Source: the human T2T-CHM13v2.0 reference genome, Homo sapiens. From it: 64,000 nucleotides of DNA. Positions 1 to 13,519 of the stretch are shown piece by piece. Under the pieces are notes generated by a model. The model was not told the DNA's origin, searched no databases, and worked only from the letters and a program-made list of their open reading frames with translations. Location: NCBI RefSeq assembly GCF_009914755.1, contig NC_060928.1, one strand, 5' to 3'. The first letter of the stretch is position 1. Every line of letters begins with the position of its first letter. Made by a program: the position numbers and the translations under genes.

Positions 1-92
1 AAAAACCAAAATTCAGAATGGAAATATTTTCCAAGTACTCCATTTTTAAGTACCAGCTTTTGGACTCAAACCTAAATCTTATTACGCTAATG

Positions 93-325
93 CAGAATTT
101 CTTAACTTTGGCACTATTGATATTTTCAGCCAGATAATTATTTGTTCTATACGACTACCTGTACATCATAGGATGTGTAACAGCCTCCTTAACCTCTACC
201 CACTCGAAGCCAGTAGCGTACCACCCTAGTCATGACAATCAAAAGTGTCTACAGATATTACCAAGGGTCCTGTGGAGTGGGGTGGAGGTAAGGGAAATAA
301 AATGGCCCCAGACTGAGAACCATGC
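93..325 (-). mobile_element. MER20 (hAT-Charlie DNA transposon)
   Basis: Reverse complement resembles MER20 consensus (ggcactattga...cctctacccact..gccagtagc...tgagaacca). Confidence 0.8.
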
Positions 326-333
326 CTCTAAAG

Positions 334-1400
334 CCAGGGCTCCTAACCTGGTATCTAGGATCCCCAAAATAAAACATAGGTAGGATTCTAGGGGTCCTTG
401 AACTTAGATGGGAAAATTTTACATCTTTACACTAATATTTAATAGAAATTTAACATTTCTTTCCATAATTAATGTAGGCAACAGGACTTAGTGGTATTAT
501 TACCACGAATTACACTTGAGACTTGTAACCAATAAAACATCAATGGAGTACTATTCAGCCATAAAAAAGAGTGAGATCCAACCATTTGCAACAATGTGGA
601 TGGAACTGGAGATTATTATGTTAAGTTAAATAAGCCAGGCATAAGGAAGACAAACATCACATGTTCTCACTTATTTGTGGAATCATAAATCAAAACATTT
701 GAACTCATGGACATAGAGAGTGAAAGGATGGTTAGCAGAGGCTCGGAAGGATAGTGAGGGGCTGGGGGAGGCGGGTATGCTTAATGGGTACCAAGAAAAT
801 AGAAAGAATGAATAAGACCTACTATTTGATAGCACAATAGGGTGACTATAGTCAATAATAACTTAATTGTACCTTTTAAAATAAAAGGTGTAATTGAATT
901 TGTAATTCAAAGGATAAATGGTTGAGGGGTTGAATACCCCAGTCTCCATGATGTGTTTATTTCACATTGCATGCCTATATCAAAACATCTCATGTATCCC
1001 ATAAATGTATATGCCTACTATGTGCCCACAAAAAAAATTTTTTAATAAAAATTTTAAATATAAAAAGTTGACAAAAAGGAGAAGAAAAAACATGAATAAA
1101 CCAAACTTCACATCTAATTACAATTTATTGCAGGTATTTCAAAATTTTATTTTGTATTTCCTACTTCAAAATTATGATAGATATTAGGCCTACTGTCTAA
1201 TCTTATTTGATACATTACTTTAAAAGTATATATAACTATATTATATGTTTAAAATTTTGTTAACTATATTTTAATACAATTGTTTTCCTTTGTAATCCTT
1301 TCTTTGATTTTTTTGTACCAACACATTTTCTAAGAGGGTGTCCATAGGTTTTACTTGACTGCAAAAGGGATCTATGACACAGAAAGTTTTCATAGCCCTG
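334..1400. mobile_element. Charlie4a-like hAT element split in two (about 334-540 and 1100-1400) by an L1MA insertion
   Basis: CAGGG...CCCTG termini; both halves are collinear with the remembered consensus (gaacttagatgggaaaa...; tttcctttgtaatcct...gtccatagg). Confidence 0.65.
541..1090 (+). mobile_element. L1MA1-3 3' end
   Basis: ORF2 end (ggagtactattcagccataaaaaag), L1MA-type 3' UTR and A-rich tail. Confidence 0.85.
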
Positions 1401-1425
1401 CCCTGAAGCCCCTGCTTTTACCACC

Positions 1426-1464
1426 TTATATTTGGAGAGACAAGTTTTATATTTGGAGAGACAA
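1426..1464. repeat. 21-bp tandem duplication (TTATATTTGGAGAGACAA core x2)
   Basis: Direct copies start at 1426 and 1447. Confidence 0.9.
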
Positions 1465-1509
1465 ACTTTTTTATGGGCTAAGAGTGCACACTGTATTGCA
1501 CCTGTAATC

Positions 1510-1640
1510 AAATTACTAGCTGTTCTTTGTCTATAAAATGAGAATAATAGTAGCACATATCTTTTACTAGCTCTCATAATGTTAAGTGTTTAGCACAATG
1601 ACTGGCACGTAGTGAGCACATAATTACTACAAGTTATTTT
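1510..1640 (+). mobile_element. MIR fragment
   Basis: ctataaaatgagaataatagta...tttagcacaatgactggcacgtagtgagc. Confidence 0.7.
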
Positions 1641-2465
1641 TATTACTCCTTTAATGTCTTATTGTTTATATATAATTGTCAAGTAACTATTTTGCCAATT
1701 ACGTTACAATGGTATTGACCAAACACAGAAATCTTTGAAATGCATGCCAAAGAACATAAAATGCTTACATTAGTCTCTCTCCTGCCTAGTGCTGGTTGGC
1801 ATTTTTAATTTGCAGGAGGTGTATAAGAAATTCATCTTCTTCAAGAGGGATTTGAAAATGTTCAGAACTCCACTTGTTCCTAGACACTGTGAGGATGGAA
1901 GCAATATTTATTTCATAGTGCATGCAAAGCCAATAGGAACAATGACAGCAGAAGTAAACTGGGAATTGTTGAACTGGGTGGAGCTCCAAGCCCTAGGTTT
2001 TTGCCTTTTGCCTGGCCCTCAATGTCAATTACCAACAGACACCTGCTGATCATACGTTTCCATTTCTGCTCCATTCTCACTGGAAAATATTTCTTTTCTC
2101 ATGTGATGCCAATTCATGATAAATGCTCACAAAAGCATGACAATTTCAGTTGCCAGACCATCTGGCTACTGGATATTTCATCATAGTTTTTAGAGCCAAG
2201 TGCTTCACCAGTTGCCCTGTTTCTATGGAAACAGAAGCTAGGGTGACAATTCGTGACTTAGATGAACTGTCTCACTGCTCATTAAAGATGGCTTCTGAGG
2301 GTCAGTGCACAAGCTGTACTTGTTTTCTTGTAGCCAGAGTGCTAGGTGCTATATTGCTCATTTTTGTTACTCTTATTTGCATCTTCCCTTGTGAGGCACT
2401 TGGGGAACTAAATAGAAGTGTGATCTAAGCATAGATAAGCCCTTGTTTCCCACTCTTTCTTAGGA

Positions 2466-2528
2466 ATGGATGGATGGATGGATGGATGGATGGATGGATG
2501 GATGGATGGATGGATAGATGGATGGATG
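2466..2528. repeat. (ATGG)n microsatellite
   Basis: About 15 units with one ATAG interruption. Confidence 0.97.
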
Positions 2529-2658
2529 AATTCATCCAGTCAGTCAACAAACATAGATGGAATATTTCAACATCAAGTCACTTCTCTTAAACCTTTCACT
2601 TTTTGGGATATGGTCCAAGTTCCATAGTTTAGCAAATAAACAAACAAACAAAATCTGA

Positions 2659-2891
2659 ATGATTTTCAAACTGCAGCCATTCATTAGTGAGTGAAATCAA
2701 TTTAGCAGGTGGTGACAAGCATTTTTACAAGCGAATAGAATAAAATAAGACTGAATAGAGCAAAGTGCATTGTAAGTATTCAGGATAAATATTGCTTCAT
2801 GAAAATTTTGCTTAAATTTTTAGTGTGTTGTACTGAGTTACAAGGTAAATGCATTTCTTGTTGGAAAGTAAGGAAAAGTTTGAAAACCATT
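2659..2891. mobile_element. MER112-like hAT element
   Basis: ttttcaaactg...gaaatcaatttag...tattgcttcatgaaa...aagtttgaaaacca with inverted termini. Confidence 0.65.
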
Positions 2892-2924
2892 AATAGGGAA
2901 GGCCCTTTGATCCACCTTCCATCC

Positions 2925-4445
2925 CCATTTCTTACATCTATTAATGTTTGCTTTATATATTTAGGTGCTGTAATGGGGGTGCATATATATTTATAATTGC
3001 TATATCTTCTTGATGAAGTAACCCCTGATTATATAATGGCCTTCTTTGTATTTTTTTTACAGTTTTTTGTCTTAAATAAATCTATTTTGCTTATATAATT
3101 ATAGTTTCCCTCCTCCCCCAATTTTGGTTCTCATTGGCTTTGAATATCTTTTTCTATCCCTTAATTTTCAATTTCTGTGTGTCCTTAGAGATGAAGTGAG
3201 TTTCCTGAATGCTGAATATAGTTTGGTCTTTTTTTTTTTTTAAATTCATTCAGTCACTCCTTAGAGGTGAAATGAGTTTCTGTAGGCAGCGTATATTTGG
3301 GTCTTGGTTTTTTTTTTAGCCATTCAGTCACTTGATGTCTTTGGGTTGGAGAATTCCATCTATTTACATTGAAAGTAACAATTAACATTTTAGGACTTAC
3401 TATTGGCATTTTGTTAATTGTTTCTGGTTAATTTGTAGATTCTTTATTGTTGCTTTTTTTTCTTTCTTTCTTGATGTCTTCCTTTGTGGTGTATGACCTT
3501 CTGTAGAGGTATGCTTTGAAATCTTTATCTTTTGTGTAGCTACAGAGGATTTTTCTTTTGTGGTTATTATAAAAATTACATAAAACATCTTATACTAATA
3601 GCAGGCTATTTTAAGCTGATAACAGCTTAACTTTGGTCACTTGCACAAACTCTACACTTTTACTCTCTTCCCCCCCACTTTTGTTTTATTGACACATTTC
3701 ATAATTTTTATAATTTGTGTCCCTTAAACACATTACTGCAGCTATAGTTATTTGTAATATTTTTGTCTTTTGCCCTTTATACTAGAGATATAATTGATTT
3801 TCACACCACTATTACATTATAAGAATGCTCTATATACTTACTATTACCAGTGATTTTATATATATATTTATATATATATATTCATGTTGTTACTTAGCAA
3901 TCTTTTCTTTCACCTTCAAGGGTTCCTTTCTGCATTTCTTATAAGGTAGGTGCAATTTTGACACATTATTTCAGCTATTTTTGTCTGAGAAAGTTTTTAT
4001 CTCACCATCCCCCAACACTATTTTATTTTTTTTTATTTTAATTTTTTGAGACGGGGCCTTGCCCTGTCACTGAGGCTAGAGTGCAGTGCCAAAATCACAG
4101 TTCACTGTTACCTCTAACATTTGGGCTTAAGAGATCCTCCCACCTCTGCCTCCAAAGAAGCTAAAACTACAGGTGTGTGCCACCATGTCTGGCTAATTTT
4201 TTTTTTTTTTTTTTTTTTTTAGAAATGAGTCTTGCTAAATTGCCAGGCTGGTCTCACACTTCTGGGATCAAGAAATTCTTCTGCCTTAGCCTCCCGAAGT
4301 GCTGGATTACAGGCATGAGCCACTGTGCCCAGCCTTCCCTTTATTTTTGAAGAACAGAATTACTGGTTATTGTATTTTGGTTGACAGGTATTCTTTTTTC
4401 TTTCAGCTTTTTGAATTTTCATTCCATTTCTTTCTGGGCTGAACA
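2925..4445 (-). mobile_element. Old L1M fragment (ORF2 endonuclease, inter-ORF, ORF1 3' part), antisense, interrupted by AluJ
   Basis: Reverse complement gives the NIYAP-like motif (ggtgcatatatattta) and ORF1 C-terminal sequence. Confidence 0.8.
4021..4334 (-). mobile_element. AluJ
   Basis: Diverged dimeric Alu with T-rich tail at left and central T tract. Confidence 0.9.
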
Positions 4446-5570
4446 GCTTCTGCACAGCAAAGTAAACAATTAACAGAGTGAAGAGACAACCTATTGACTG
4501 GGAAAACAATATTTACAAACCATTTATCTGACAAAGGGCTAATGTCCAAAATATATAAAGAACTCAAATAGCACAGTAGCGAGGAAACAAATAATCTGAT
4601 TAAAAAATGAACAAAAGATGGGAACAGACATTTCTCAAAAGAAGAGATTCAACTGGCCAAGAGAAATGTTAAAAAATGCTCAACATTCCTAGTCATAAGG
4701 GAAATACAAATTAAAACTTCGATGAGATATGACCTCATGCTTATTAGAATGGCTGTTATAAAAAAGACAAATGATAATATGTTTTGGCAAGGATGTGGAG
4801 AAAAGGAAACCTTTGTACACTGTTGGTATGAATGTAAATTAGTACAATCATTTTGGAAAATGTATGGGGGCTCCTTAAAAAATTATAAATAAAATTATCA
4901 TATAATCTAGTAACCTCATTTCTGGATATATATCCAAAGGACTTTAAATCAGTATGTTGAAGAGATATCTGCACTTCTATGTTTATTTTAACATTATTCA
5001 CAATAGCCAAGATATGGAAGCAATCTAAGTGTTTATCAATGTATGAATGGATAAACAAAAGGTGGTATATATACACAATGGAATATTATTTAGCTTTTAA
5101 AAAATTCTGTTATTTGTAACAAATGGATGGAACTAGAAGTCTATGTTAAGTGAAATAATCCAAACACAGAAAGACAAATACTATGTGATGTCATTTATAT
5201 GTGGATTTTAAAAAATCAATCTCATAGAGAAAGAGAGTAAAAAGGTGGCTGAGTGGGGAGAAAGACAAAGGGATGGAGAAAGACAAAATGTTGATCAAAG
5301 GATACAAAGTTTCAGTTAAACTGGGAGAATAAGTTTCAGTGATTGTAATGCATAGTGATCACGGTTAGTATGATGTATTATGTATTAGTACTTAATATGT
5401 GCTATTGCTAGAATATTTAATGTTCTCATCATTAAAAAAAGATGAATTGTTAAAATGATTGATATGCTAATTAATTGATTGACTCTTTCTATAATAGAAG
5501 CATAAATCAAAACATCGCCTTGTACCCTACAAATATACACAATTATTTGTCAGTTAAAAATTTTTAAAAA
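4446..5570 (+). mobile_element. L1MA5-like 3' part (ORF2 C-terminus and 3' UTR)
   Basis: agcttctgcacagcaaag...; L1MA 3' UTR ending tgtcagttaaaaa. Confidence 0.85.
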
Positions 5571-5859
5571 CTATATTTAATCATACTTCACTATTCCAGT
5601 TCTCTAAAACACATGTTCTTTTGTGGCTCTTAGAGCCTTGCACAACACATTTATAAATTCTCTCACAGCCCATCTACCAATGCCTGAAACACAGCTCTCT
5701 CTGTTATACCTGTAGTCTTCTCTGAGAATCCTCTCCCACCCCTACCAACCTGGGTGGGCTTATAAGCCCCACATGCATGCTAGCACATATATACTTTTTA
5801 ACTGATGTTTTCCTGTTTTTCATTTTTTTCAGATATCTGCTCTTGAAGATCACAACCAT

Positions 5860-5899
5860 ACATAACTAGTTGTAGTAGCACATAACTAGTTGTAGTAGC
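5860..5899. repeat. 20-bp perfect tandem duplication ACATAACTAGTTGTAGTAGC
   Basis: Copies at 5860 and 5880. Confidence 0.92.
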
Positions 5900-6219
5900 C
5901 CCAGCTCTTAACTTCCACAAGTAACTGGGAATAGCAACTAAGCATAAAAAAAAAACAGTAATCTAGTTCAGTATTGTCAAATGGTGAGATACTTATTAAT
6001 GCTGGTATTAAATTACATGGTGAGGAAATTATTTTCTTTACAAATCTTAACCATACTTCTGATTACAAAAGAAAGAAAAATCTTTTCAGTGTATTGAATC
6101 AAATTTCTAAAATTAAAATCATAACTCTTATGCCAGTATAAAATAAGCACATAAGAAAGATTTTACTTAATTCATTAATTAATGTTGGAACTAGTAAGGT
6201 GTTGCAAACAGAACAAAGG

Positions 6220-6650
6220 AAGGTTCAGAGATGTTCAGTAAGATAAGAATAGAAAGGTGGCCATGGTACTTGACAATATGACACTCAGTGGAGACCTCTG
6301 ATTATAGAAGGCTGTGTGCAGTAATTGGGCTGAACTATGTGCTGTGGGAGGACCATATCACTCTTTCAAGAAGGGAAGAGAGAGAGGGAAGGCAGTAGCT
6401 AGAACAGGAGGTATGGTTAAGGAAAGAGTTTTGTAATCACTGTTTGGTTTGAGTTTTTCATTTGTTTACATGTCTGTCTGTATTGTAACACCCTGAACAT
6501 GTTTAGAGGCAAAAGTGGAGAAACTATGAGAAAAGGACAGGTAGATGTGAGAGATGGCATAGATAATTGGTTGATAAGGTCTTGGCATTGGTGAGCTGGA
6601 TAGGATTATTAAAACAATTGAGGATTCTGTTTCAAACAAGACACTAAGTT
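6220..6650 (-). mobile_element. L2 fragment
   Basis: Purine-rich L2-like antisense sequence (gaagggaagagagagagggaaggcagtagctag). Confidence 0.5.
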
Positions 6651-6713
6651 TGGGTATAAAAGCATTTGTAGATGAGGGAAAGAGGATTCGTTCTTCTTGA
6701 GGTTACCTTCTAG

Positions 6714-7531
<818 letters not shown>

Positions 7532-8990
7532 TCAGGGCAGCTCAGAGCAAGGAGACTGGGGTTGTCTTTTTTCTGTCCCTCGAGATTGACAGGCTTTTGG
7601 CTGAGGTCTGCATGTTAGACTTACAGCTCATGAACCCTCACCAGCAATGCTCTGCCAGCCACACTTCTATTACAAGTAAGACAAGCATGTAAAGATGGCC
7701 CTATTGCCCATCATGAGAGAAACATTGAGTTCCACCAAGCAGGAATAAACCAAGAAAAGCTCTGCTATTCTCAATGCATCTCTTTATAAACTTCAATTTA
7801 GTGATGTTTTCGTCTGCACACTTAGTCATTTCCAACAATACTCAACCCCGAAATTCATACTTATTCTCAACACTCTACTATGTAGACAAGAATATGTCCA
7901 TTTTATTTCCCTACTTCCAAGAGGAAAACTTTTTCTTTTCTCTCAAGAGGGTTCACAACATATAATTCTGAGTTATTTATGTTAATTTTTCAAGTAGTGT
8001 TATATCGCTTTTCGTAAGTAATCCTAAAGTGGCTTTTTAGCTGTGTTCTCTTGACAGGATCCTACAACCAAAGCTAAAGGGCAACCATGATTGGTATGTT
8101 CTCTTGATTCTTATTAGTTCTTTGAATATAAAAGCCCTAAAGAGTGGACTGTGCAAGCACAAAACAAACAGTTTCATAATTAAACAAAGGTATTCTCAAA
8201 CCAGACAGCTCTCAGAAGCAAAATAAAACTTAAATCCTATAATGAAGAAAAGAGATAGTTTTAAAAATGCATAACTAAAAAATAAAAAACAATAGCATTT
8301 CATAAGACGTCTCAGATAGTAACACATTAGAGTGAACAACAGAGTTTGGAGGATCGTACCCCATGAAATAAGGATTTCTAACGTCATCGTGTTTGAGTAG
8401 GTATGCTCTTCTAAGAATGTCTTCTTATAGTTTGCAATACAATGAGAGTATTTGCAGAGAAGATTTCAGCCTAGATTCTGAAATAAAGGAAGCCTAGTGA
8501 TAAAAAATTGAAATTGCAGAAATGAATGACGTAGAGCACAAATTGAAAATGTGTACAGCACAAGAGTTGTAGCTGACTGGTGTGTTGTGCTCACTACTGT
8601 AGGAGACCCTTGATTTTCACAAAGGACATATGGTACCCAGTTAGTTCTTGGATAGGAAACAAGCTTGTTTTCCTCTAGATCATGCTCTCATGAAAGCCTC
8701 ATGTTTACTATGCATAGCTTCCCAATGTAATTATAACTAAAGTTTTATTTCTTTTTAAACAGCACTTTTTTACTGACCTGACATTCACTAAATGGTTTTA
8801 AAGTCAATTGTTACATTTTTATATAGAACGTACAATGAATTGTTTCACAACTTATTTATAGTATCCGGTAAATTCTACTTTTCTCTTTTAGTTTATCCAA
8901 AGCATTCCTAACTATGAGCCACTACTTTTTTAGACTTCCCCACTTGTTCTTTACTTCCAGGGCCAGCACCAACAGCAGGAGTTGGTTCCT

Positions 8991-9200
8991 AGAGTGGTTA
9001 AGAGCCAGGCTCTAGTATTAAATGGCATACATTCAAATCCCTACTCTAGCATTTCCTAACTATGTGACATTGGCCAGTTTGATAGATCATTTTCATCCTC
9101 AGTTTCTTCCTCTCTGAAATAGCATCTACATTTTAGCTTGATTGTAAGTATTAAATGAGATGAATGACATCATAAAAGGCCTGGTACATAGTTAATAATT
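8991..9200 (+). mobile_element. MIR
   Basis: gtggttaagagc...ttcaaatcc...tgtgacattgg...cctcagtttc...attaaatgagat. Confidence 0.8.
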
Positions 9201-9789
9201 GTTTGACTTTTTGAAGACCCATTTTTCACCCATGCACCACCCAAATTGTTTTTTATGTATGAATGAAACAGCACTTTGCAATGAGGTTCAACTGCTAGGG
9301 AAAAGGGAGGAAGTAAGTTAACTAGTTTTAATCACTAATTAATTTGCAATACATATGATTTAAATATGTGCCTGAGCTAAATTGCAAATTAAAAACTAAC
9401 ATTAAACTTTTCTCATTACTGGAAGAGAGACAAAAATCCAAATTACTAAATCCATGAAAACTTTTTCTATGGTATGCAAATGGGTAATCTTGTTCTTTGA
9501 CTTACTGGATATACCAGTAGGAGCTGAGTAAGAGATTCATGTATTAATGTCTTTCTGCTTTAATGGTTTCTACTCTCAGCCAAAGACATTTCCTTCCTCC
9601 ACAGACTAATAAACATGTTACAACTTCCCTGAAGCCTATATAAATGACACCAGGGACATCACTTTGAGTAGGTTGAAGTGCATGCATTGTCTTATTTGAA
9701 TGATTCATTGGGAGTTTATCATACATGATTTTTATTTTAATATTTTATATAAGTATATTGTGATATTTCTAATACAGTTCTATTTCTGC

Positions 9790-10955
9790 TTGCACCCTTC
9801 AGTGACTCTCCATTGTCTGCAGGATAGAGTCCATGTTTCCATATAAAGCCTTCTCTACCTTTCTACATTTATTTCCTGCCCTTCCTTGACAAGCCCCCTG
9901 TGCTCCTGCTACGCCAGAACACTTCAAGTCCCCTAATGTAATGTGTGTATGTTGCATTCAACTGTGCTAAAAAGACAAGAAAAAAATAAAAAACTGTATA
10001 AAACCTATAAGAAATATTGAGCTTAGATAGTAAGTAAACCTGTAGCTTATGAGGTATAGGTAAAATTCATAGGATAATTAAGCATGGATAATGAGTAAGC
10101 AAGTACCTTGTGAAACAAAGGCAGAATTCATATGATGTGTTCAATGTAGACAATAAATTAATAACATGTGACATGCCAAAGAAAAAATTAAATAGAAAAA
10201 TATGATTGCACAAACAAGAATGTTACTTACAGATAGAAAGATCAAAGTCTTAATCATCAATTGATAACTATGATGCCCCCAAACATGGCCACCCATTAGC
10301 AACACCCTAAAGGACCAATTCTGACCCCGCATGTGCTCTTCCCAATAAATACAAGTAAAACTCATGGCTGGGGGATTTGTTGCCAAGACACAGCTGGGTT
10401 TAAACTACATCTTTCCCTACACCGCATTGGCCCAGAGTATGTTCTGTGAGCTATGTTTCTTGAACCTCAACTCTGGTCCTCATAATCACACTATCATTGG
10501 GAAAGTCTGAGGTGAGAGAAAGAGAGAGAGAGAGAGATGTATGAACATTGCATACCCCAGAATTCAGGTGCTGAGGTTCTTATACCAGGTTGCACCCTAT
10601 CATAAATGTAGCTTTCCCCGTATCTTTCCCTTTGGTTCTGTGTTTTAATTTGATTTACTATATCACATGATTCAAGTATTTTAATTTTGTCCATGAGCCT
10701 TTCTGTTCTATGGTGCTATGGGAAGTTTGCATGTTAGTACGCCTAGAAGCTATTAAGGCATCAATATAACTTCTTCTATGACACCTGATCCTATCAGGGT
10801 TTTTTTCACATATTTCTGCAAATGTTTTCTTCTCTCTACCTAGAATGCCATTCCCCCATACCTTTCCAGTGAATAATTATTTATCCTTTAAAACCCAGAT
10901 CATGCTGGTCTACTTTTAAAGTCTTTATCTCTGCTGTTTGTTTCACCACTGTACT
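9790..10955 (+). mobile_element. L2 3' region split by an 847-bp insertion (L2 parts about 9790-9936 and 10784-10955)
   Basis: ccttcagtgactctccattg... resumes as cctagaatgccattcccc...tccttaaaacccag. Confidence 0.6.
9937..10783. mobile_element. Putative solo LTR, family not recognised
   Basis: TGTAAT...ATGACA termini; 5-bp TSD CCTAA/CCTGA; interrupts a collinear L2. Confidence 0.55.
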
Positions 10956-10956
10956 T

Positions 10957-11521
10957 TGTGTTAGACAGCATCTAAAATGGATTTCAATGATCCTCACTTT
11001 CTGATATTCACATCAATGTGTAATTCCCTTCCTTTGAGTTTGTTTGGACTTACTTCATATGGATAGCATATAGCACAAGTGATACAATGTCATGTCTCGA
11101 TCAGGTTTTAAAAAGCCTGACTTCTAGCCAGCTGGCCCTTTCTTGCTATTTTTCACTTGCTCTGATGGAAGCCAGTTGAGAGTTTCCCTATGGACATGCC
11201 TATATGACAAGAAACTGAGAGAGGTCTCCAACTGCCAGCAAGATACTGAGATTCTCAGCTCAACAGCATGTGAGGAACTTAACCCTACCAACAACCTTGT
11301 AAATGAGCTTGAGTATGACTCATCACTCAGTGGAGCTTTCAGATATGACCACAGTCCCAGCCAGCAACTTGATTGCAACCTTGTGAAAGGGCTTGAGGCA
11401 GAGGCACTAAACTACATCAAGCCCAGTTTGTTGGCTCGCAAAATCTGTGAAATAACGCATTTGTTGTTTTAAGCACTAATTTTTGGAGTAATTTGTTATG
11501 CAGCAGTAGATAGGCAATAAA
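10957..11521 (+). mobile_element. MLT1E/F-type MaLR solo LTR
   Basis: tgtgttagacag...gtgtaattcccttcctttgag...gaggaacttaaccctaccaacaac...ttgttatgcagcagtagata. Confidence 0.8.
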
Positions 11522-11614
11522 TCAGCATATACTCATCTAGTGTCGCACTAATCACAGAACACTGGTGTAGTATGTCTGCACCACCCACAAGATTGTTAGC
11601 ACCTTGAACCTTGA

Positions 11615-11948
<334 letters not shown>

Positions 11949-12064
11949 AGGGCTTCTATCTTAATAATGTTTTCCTAAGGTCTAGCAGCTCCTGTAATGA
12001 ATTAAGTCTATGACTGGGATGTTTAGTGATTTGGAGGCACCTTGTGGTAAGTCATTTAATCATC

Positions 12065-12278
12065 ATCATCATCATAGCAAATGTTTATTGAATCCTAGTC
12101 TTTCAAGGCAATTTTCAAATGCTTTATAGGTGTTATTTTACTTAATTACTAAAATTATCACAACTGAGAAAAGAGGAAACTGAGTCCAGAGAAGTCAGGT
12201 AACTTGCCCAACGTCAACAGCTGATGGAGCCTGGCTATGGAGACAAGCGGTCTACCCAGAGTTCACATTCTTAACCAC
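12065..12278 (-). mobile_element. MIR
   Basis: gaggaaactgagtccagagaagtcaggtaacttgcccaa...cttaaccac. Confidence 0.8.
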
Positions 12279-13519
12279 AAAGATTACATCCATATCCTAT
12301 ACTTCTAATAGTATATACATCTTATGTACATCTTATATTTTTAAAATATATTTACTAGCATGGCACCTTATTGTAAAGATGATCAATATAGATGAGTGAA
12401 CAAGTGAAGAAATCAGCACAAGCCTCTTTTTTTTTTGGCCTGAGTTTGTTTTTTGCTTCTGAGCCAGGGAGACATGCGTATCAGCAACAGAGGAATTTTT
12501 TGACTCTTCCCTGAGGATCCATTATTATCTGTGATGATGTGAAACAGAGACCATCAGTCCACAGAGACCCTTTCAATTCCCCATGCTGTCTGAGTGAAAA
12601 CTAAAGGAATGCCACATTTTCAAAAGCCTTTATTTGTGCCAGTTTTTGTTTCCGTTTTGAACCTATTATTTTAAATGAACTCACTCAGAAAGGAAAAAGT
12701 GCATTATCTCTTTGAAATCAGATCCAACTGACACAGTAATCTCATTACATCATAGTTGTAGTCAAACCTGAAATAGTAGTAATTACAAATTGAAATTGTT
12801 ATTAGGGGTGGGGAAGATTTTTCATAGATTATAACAAACCAAATGATGTGAACCTACACCCATTTGTCCTCAACCTTCAGCCTGGATTCTGGGAAAATTA
12901 GTCTAACTCCACCAAACAGAATTTCTTTTTCTATTTGGTATTTGATTTGATTTCTGCTCACCATGGCAAATTGGTCACACACTAAAATAGTATTGGAAGG
13001 AGCATGGTCTTCCAATTAGCTGATTTAACTGCCAAAATTATACTGGTGTACTGGATGAGTGATGGAAACCCATGCATGACATAAGATGCTTTATTGGCCT
13101 TACCTCCCTGTATGTATAGCCTGGGATGATAAATTAAATCATAACAAGATATAAACTACCTGAAAACCTAACTTCATTAATGTCTTAACCATTTTTAGCC
13201 TTGGACTTTTATAACCATTACATTAAACTATGTTATGGCATTTCATTACCCATAAGTAGAAATAACATGGCAAAGAATATTGGGAACTTTTGGAGAATGT
13301 GATTCAGGACACTTCTAAGTTGTGCCAAGAGTAAGAAAAGCTAATAAATGAGGTACAGGATCTGCAAAAGCAGTGAGAAATGCTGACTCTTCACAATTCA
13401 CAACAAATGCTACTTCACAATTTTGCCTAGAAGTAGATTTCTATAGCATATGTGGGGATAGGATGGAAACTTACTGTCTAGATTAGTTAGATTCAAATTA
13501 ATGAAATGCAGTTGTGGAC

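Noticed and set aside
5846-5858. ATCACAACCA identical to the start of the real exon, near an acceptor
   Set aside because: Only a 10-bp match with no further similarity; not a duplicated exon.
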